Below are positions 62,160-64,000 of a DNA stretch of 64,000 nucleotides, piece after piece. The position numbers and the translations under genes were made by a program. How positions within the stretch are numbered: position 1 is the first letter of the stretch; each line of letters begins with the position of its first letter. The notes under the pieces are model-generated. The model was given only the letters and a program-made list of their open reading frames with translations, searched no databases and was not told the origin of the DNA. The stretch comes from Ancylonema sp. (taxonomy: Eukaryota), in NCBI GenBank assembly GCA_050230475.1, contig JBFLGF010000010.1, forward strand, positions 1 through 64,000, in the 5' to 3' direction.

Positions 62160-63317
62160 CATGATGAGTGGATCCCGAATCTAGCAGCGAGCGTCTCTGC
62201 TCCTCCACCTTTTCTTCTCGATACAATCCGCCTAGCATCACGTCTTTGGTCTGGGCCGTGCCTGAATTCGTCGATGCGTCTCAGGTCACTTCAGCTCGTG
62301 ACTCCGTGAGTACATATCCCTCGTAGAAACAGTCCTTCTCTCCTTCAAATTGTTGAACCTCTGCTCCCGATGACTGGCCTCCTCTTGGGTGACGATGACT
62401 GCTTCGAGATCCCTCGCTGTTGTTCTGGCCTTGTCGATTTTCCGCCCTAGCTATACCGTTGCGTTTGTCTCGACACGCGTTCTCGATTCGGCCTCCTCTT
62501 CCGCAGTAGTCGCAGCGGCTGTTCCGAACCTTGTAGTCGCGTGACAAATGCCTTATCTGACCGTAGGAGTAGGATGCGCGTGCTTCTCCCTTCGAGTCGC
62601 CTCTGGGACCGCTGCTTTTCTCTTCTCGTCGATTACTAATGTTGCGCTGGCTCCACTAGGCCTCCATTTCTGCCTGATGCGCCGCGCCTTCGACCTTCGT
62701 TTGGTTGTCTTTCTTCTCTTGAAAATCCATGTCGAGGTCTCTTATCGACTGTTCGAGCTTCTCCATGGTGGGCTTTGTATCCGCCAGCTGATAGCTCGTT
62801 TTAATCTGCACATATTGCGGATTGACCCTAGCTAGCAAGAGTCTCCGAGCGTGGTCGTCTCTCACCGTCACACCCTAATATTTACATTCTCGTGTGAGGG
62901 CCTGAAAGCGACTTATTGTTTCGTTTTCAGTCTCGTCGGGTACGTGTGCAAACATCATGAGAGATATATTGGCCATATCACCAGAAGCCGTTGAGATTCT
63001 TGCGTATTTGTCTTTAATTTTCTTCCACAGTTCTACCGGGTTGCTTTGTTCATCGACGTAGTTAATCGCTTCATCATCTCGCAGAGATTGCATGATCATG
63101 CTGCTCGCCCTGCTCTTTGGCTTATCCCATTTTGCTTGCGCTGCAACCGCCGCGTCGATGGCTCTCTGGTTTGTTGTAACTCCGGCTGCCACGATTGCCA
63201 CTGGAGGGGCAGGGGGTCGCAATTATGTTTCCAATGTCAATTCTAGGGCCTCCACGTTGTCAAGTGCCCTCTGCATCTTTGCTTGCCACGCGACGAAAGT
63301 TTTACTGGTCAATTCAT
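62160..63317 (-). pseudogene. gag: Copia-type gag (UBN2-like region, degenerate zinc knuckle) and protease start
   Basis: KSRASSMIMQSL..PVELWKKIKDKY..ETISRFQAL..C, CDYCGRGGRIENAC, and LLDSGSTHH at about 62162-62188; interrupted by stops and frameshifts. Confidence 0.8.
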
Positions 63318-64000
63318 AGTCTTATCGCAAATTTCCGGCTGTGATACCATGTTCACATTCAGCCATGATTTCGACCGATCAATGTTTTCTAATTGAGTAC
63401 TGACAAAGTTCCCGACTTAGTTCCCAAAAATGTTCCCGATTCTGTTCCCGACTTGGTTCCCGATCGTCCTTTCTTTCTAGGACAGAGTTCACCTGGCCAC
63501 TTGTCTATGTCATCATTTGGTAGGCTACGACTCTTTCACGCTGACACGATTCTCGCCTACTAGATGCTTCAATATCAGGAATCCATTTAGGAACTCACGA
63601 CAGGCAGGTTACACAAATGCACGAGATGCACAAAATGTAGATGATTGGAGTGAATTGATTTAGGATTGTCGCCTAGTAGGCTATATCCTTGTGAGTACAA
63701 ACTTTCTGGAATCATCTACGGTACCGGATAATGTTGCGGCGCCGCTATCCTAGTCAGCATGTGGTCCCCTCCTTGTCATCTTATTTAACTATGCTTTCCC
63801 CCTATGCCTTGTCGATATCTCTGAAATATGACTAGACAATCAATGCTTCCCAATGTCGTACAAATCAAATGATGGTCCCCTTTATTTACCGATACTTCCC
63901 TTGCCAATTATCAACCCCTAATATTGTCGATTTCCAGCACTCAATGTATTTACAATTAATATCTCAATATCATATAGCGAATGTTTCTTATATACATCAC

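Larger units (their letters stand above)
58351..63972 (-). mobile_element. Non-autonomous copia-like LTR element (gag plus protease only); 3' LTR interrupted
   Basis: LTR 63350-63972 is repeated as 58351-58582 plus 60460-60778. Primer site TGGTATCACAGCC (about 63337-63349, minus strand); purine tract at 60779 onward. The internal 2.6 kb has gag and LLDSGSTHH but no INT, RT or RNase H. Flanks share only TATA. Confidence 0.9.

Noticed and set aside
1..64000. Prokaryotic origin suggested by hslV
   Set aside because: hslV has spliceosomal introns and sits beside eukaryotic RPL23 and LTR retrotransposons.

Overview
Eukaryotic nuclear DNA with spliceosomal GT-AG introns and many transposons. The plant-type initiator-tRNA primer sites, an OPT-family transporter and a spliced nuclear hslV point to a non-seed green plant or streptophyte alga; this is inference. 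1-20 kb is a transposon stack. It holds degenerate gag-protease retroelement fragments, two truncated Ty1/copia pieces, a small spliced Mug135-like pseudogene and one complete copia element (12993-19668; AATGT target-site duplication, half-tRNA primer site, TG...TA LTRs). 21-57 kb carries five host genes separated by many MITEs and non-autonomous DNA transposons: a multi-exon PIN-domain protein (+), a secreted, probably GPI-anchored protein (+), a damaged oligopeptide transporter (-), HslV/ClpQ protease (-) and ribosomal protein L23/uL14 (-). 58.3-64 kb is a gag-protease-only copia-like element whose 3' LTR is interrupted by a 1.9-kb insert with a decayed trypsin-like protease. The most notable reads are a frame-required 5-nt microexon in hslV, a probable 3-nt microexon in RPL23, the fungal-like Mug135 gene and the protease-carrying insert. 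All homology calls come from motif recognition, not database searches. Some frameshifts may be assembly errors.
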